From Eledone cirrhosa (Eukaryota): 64,000 bases of DNA. This document shows positions 63,351 through 64,000 of the stretch, piece by piece. Position 1 is the first letter of the stretch, and every line of letters begins with the position of its first letter. Position numbers and translations under genes: made by a program. The stretch lies in NCBI GenBank assembly GCA_964016885.1, contig OZ024741.1:111476001-111540000 (forward strand), read 5' to 3'. Under the pieces are notes generated by a model. That model was not told where the DNA came from. It saw only the letters and a list, made by a program, of their open reading frames with translations, and did not search any database.

Positions 63351-63920
63351 CGTACGCTATGCTGGATCTATGTCTGTTTGGTTTCAAATATTTGATTGGC
63401 CAGCTCTGTACTATAACATCATTTATTGTCCATTACACGTCCACATCAGTGTGCTAATCATCGCTTGTACACACCATGGAATTTCCGGAGATCTAGTCAA
63501 TTGCTTTCTCATTTAACTTGAACTCAAGTCATTTTTTTCAGCTTCTATTTCTCTCACTCTCGTAATAAATCACATCCCTCATGTTCTTTCTTCGCTTTAC
63601 TGCTGCTAGCCTACACTACGAGACATATTGATTAACGAAATTTCCAGTAAACTTGAGAAGCAGAAATTTTCAATTACTTCGTATTGTGCAGTTTATTTCA
63701 CTTGGGTTGTGACAAAACAAGAATTGGAGATAGCAGTGATATGAAAACAAGATTATTGCCAAGGGTTAATATTAGCTATGGTCTTTCCGTGGAGCTGTGA
63801 GATTTTATTAATAAACTTTTCTACTTCTCATATGTGATTAAGGTGCTTCTCTTTTGACCCTGAGGCAAGGCTTTTATACTATTCCAATGTATATGTGTGC
63901 ACATACATACATACAAACAT

Positions 63921-63995
<75 letters not shown>

Positions 63996-64000
63996 CATAT

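Overview
AT-rich, microsatellite-saturated animal DNA with no recognisable host exon. The SINE sequences and (TA)n/(CA)n density suggest an octopus-like cephalopod, but that is inference. Nearly all non-microsatellite sequence is transposon-derived: a decayed Tx1/L1-like LINE with an internal 28-bp minisatellite, an RTE fragment, a Dong/R4-type 3' fragment in (TAA)n, a three-unit head-to-tail Helitron concatemer (13935-22723) and at least eight Penelope-like element (PLE) copies or remnants in (TA)n. The most striking feature, read by eye, is about 15 type I hammerhead ribozyme motifs plus several degenerate or half ones, from many sequence families. They sit in PLE pseudo-LTRs, in small tails-out fold-back insertions and in non-coding 470- and 554-bp tandem units (retrozyme-like). 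One near-complete PLE starts at its predicted ribozyme cleavage site and has an upstream ORF overlapping the RT frame at an in-phase U_UUU_UUA -1 frameshift site. A duplicated fold-back element carries two convergent tRNA-type Pol III promoters. Most short ORFs in the track are microsatellite artefacts. Coordinates were counted by eye; element edges are approximate.
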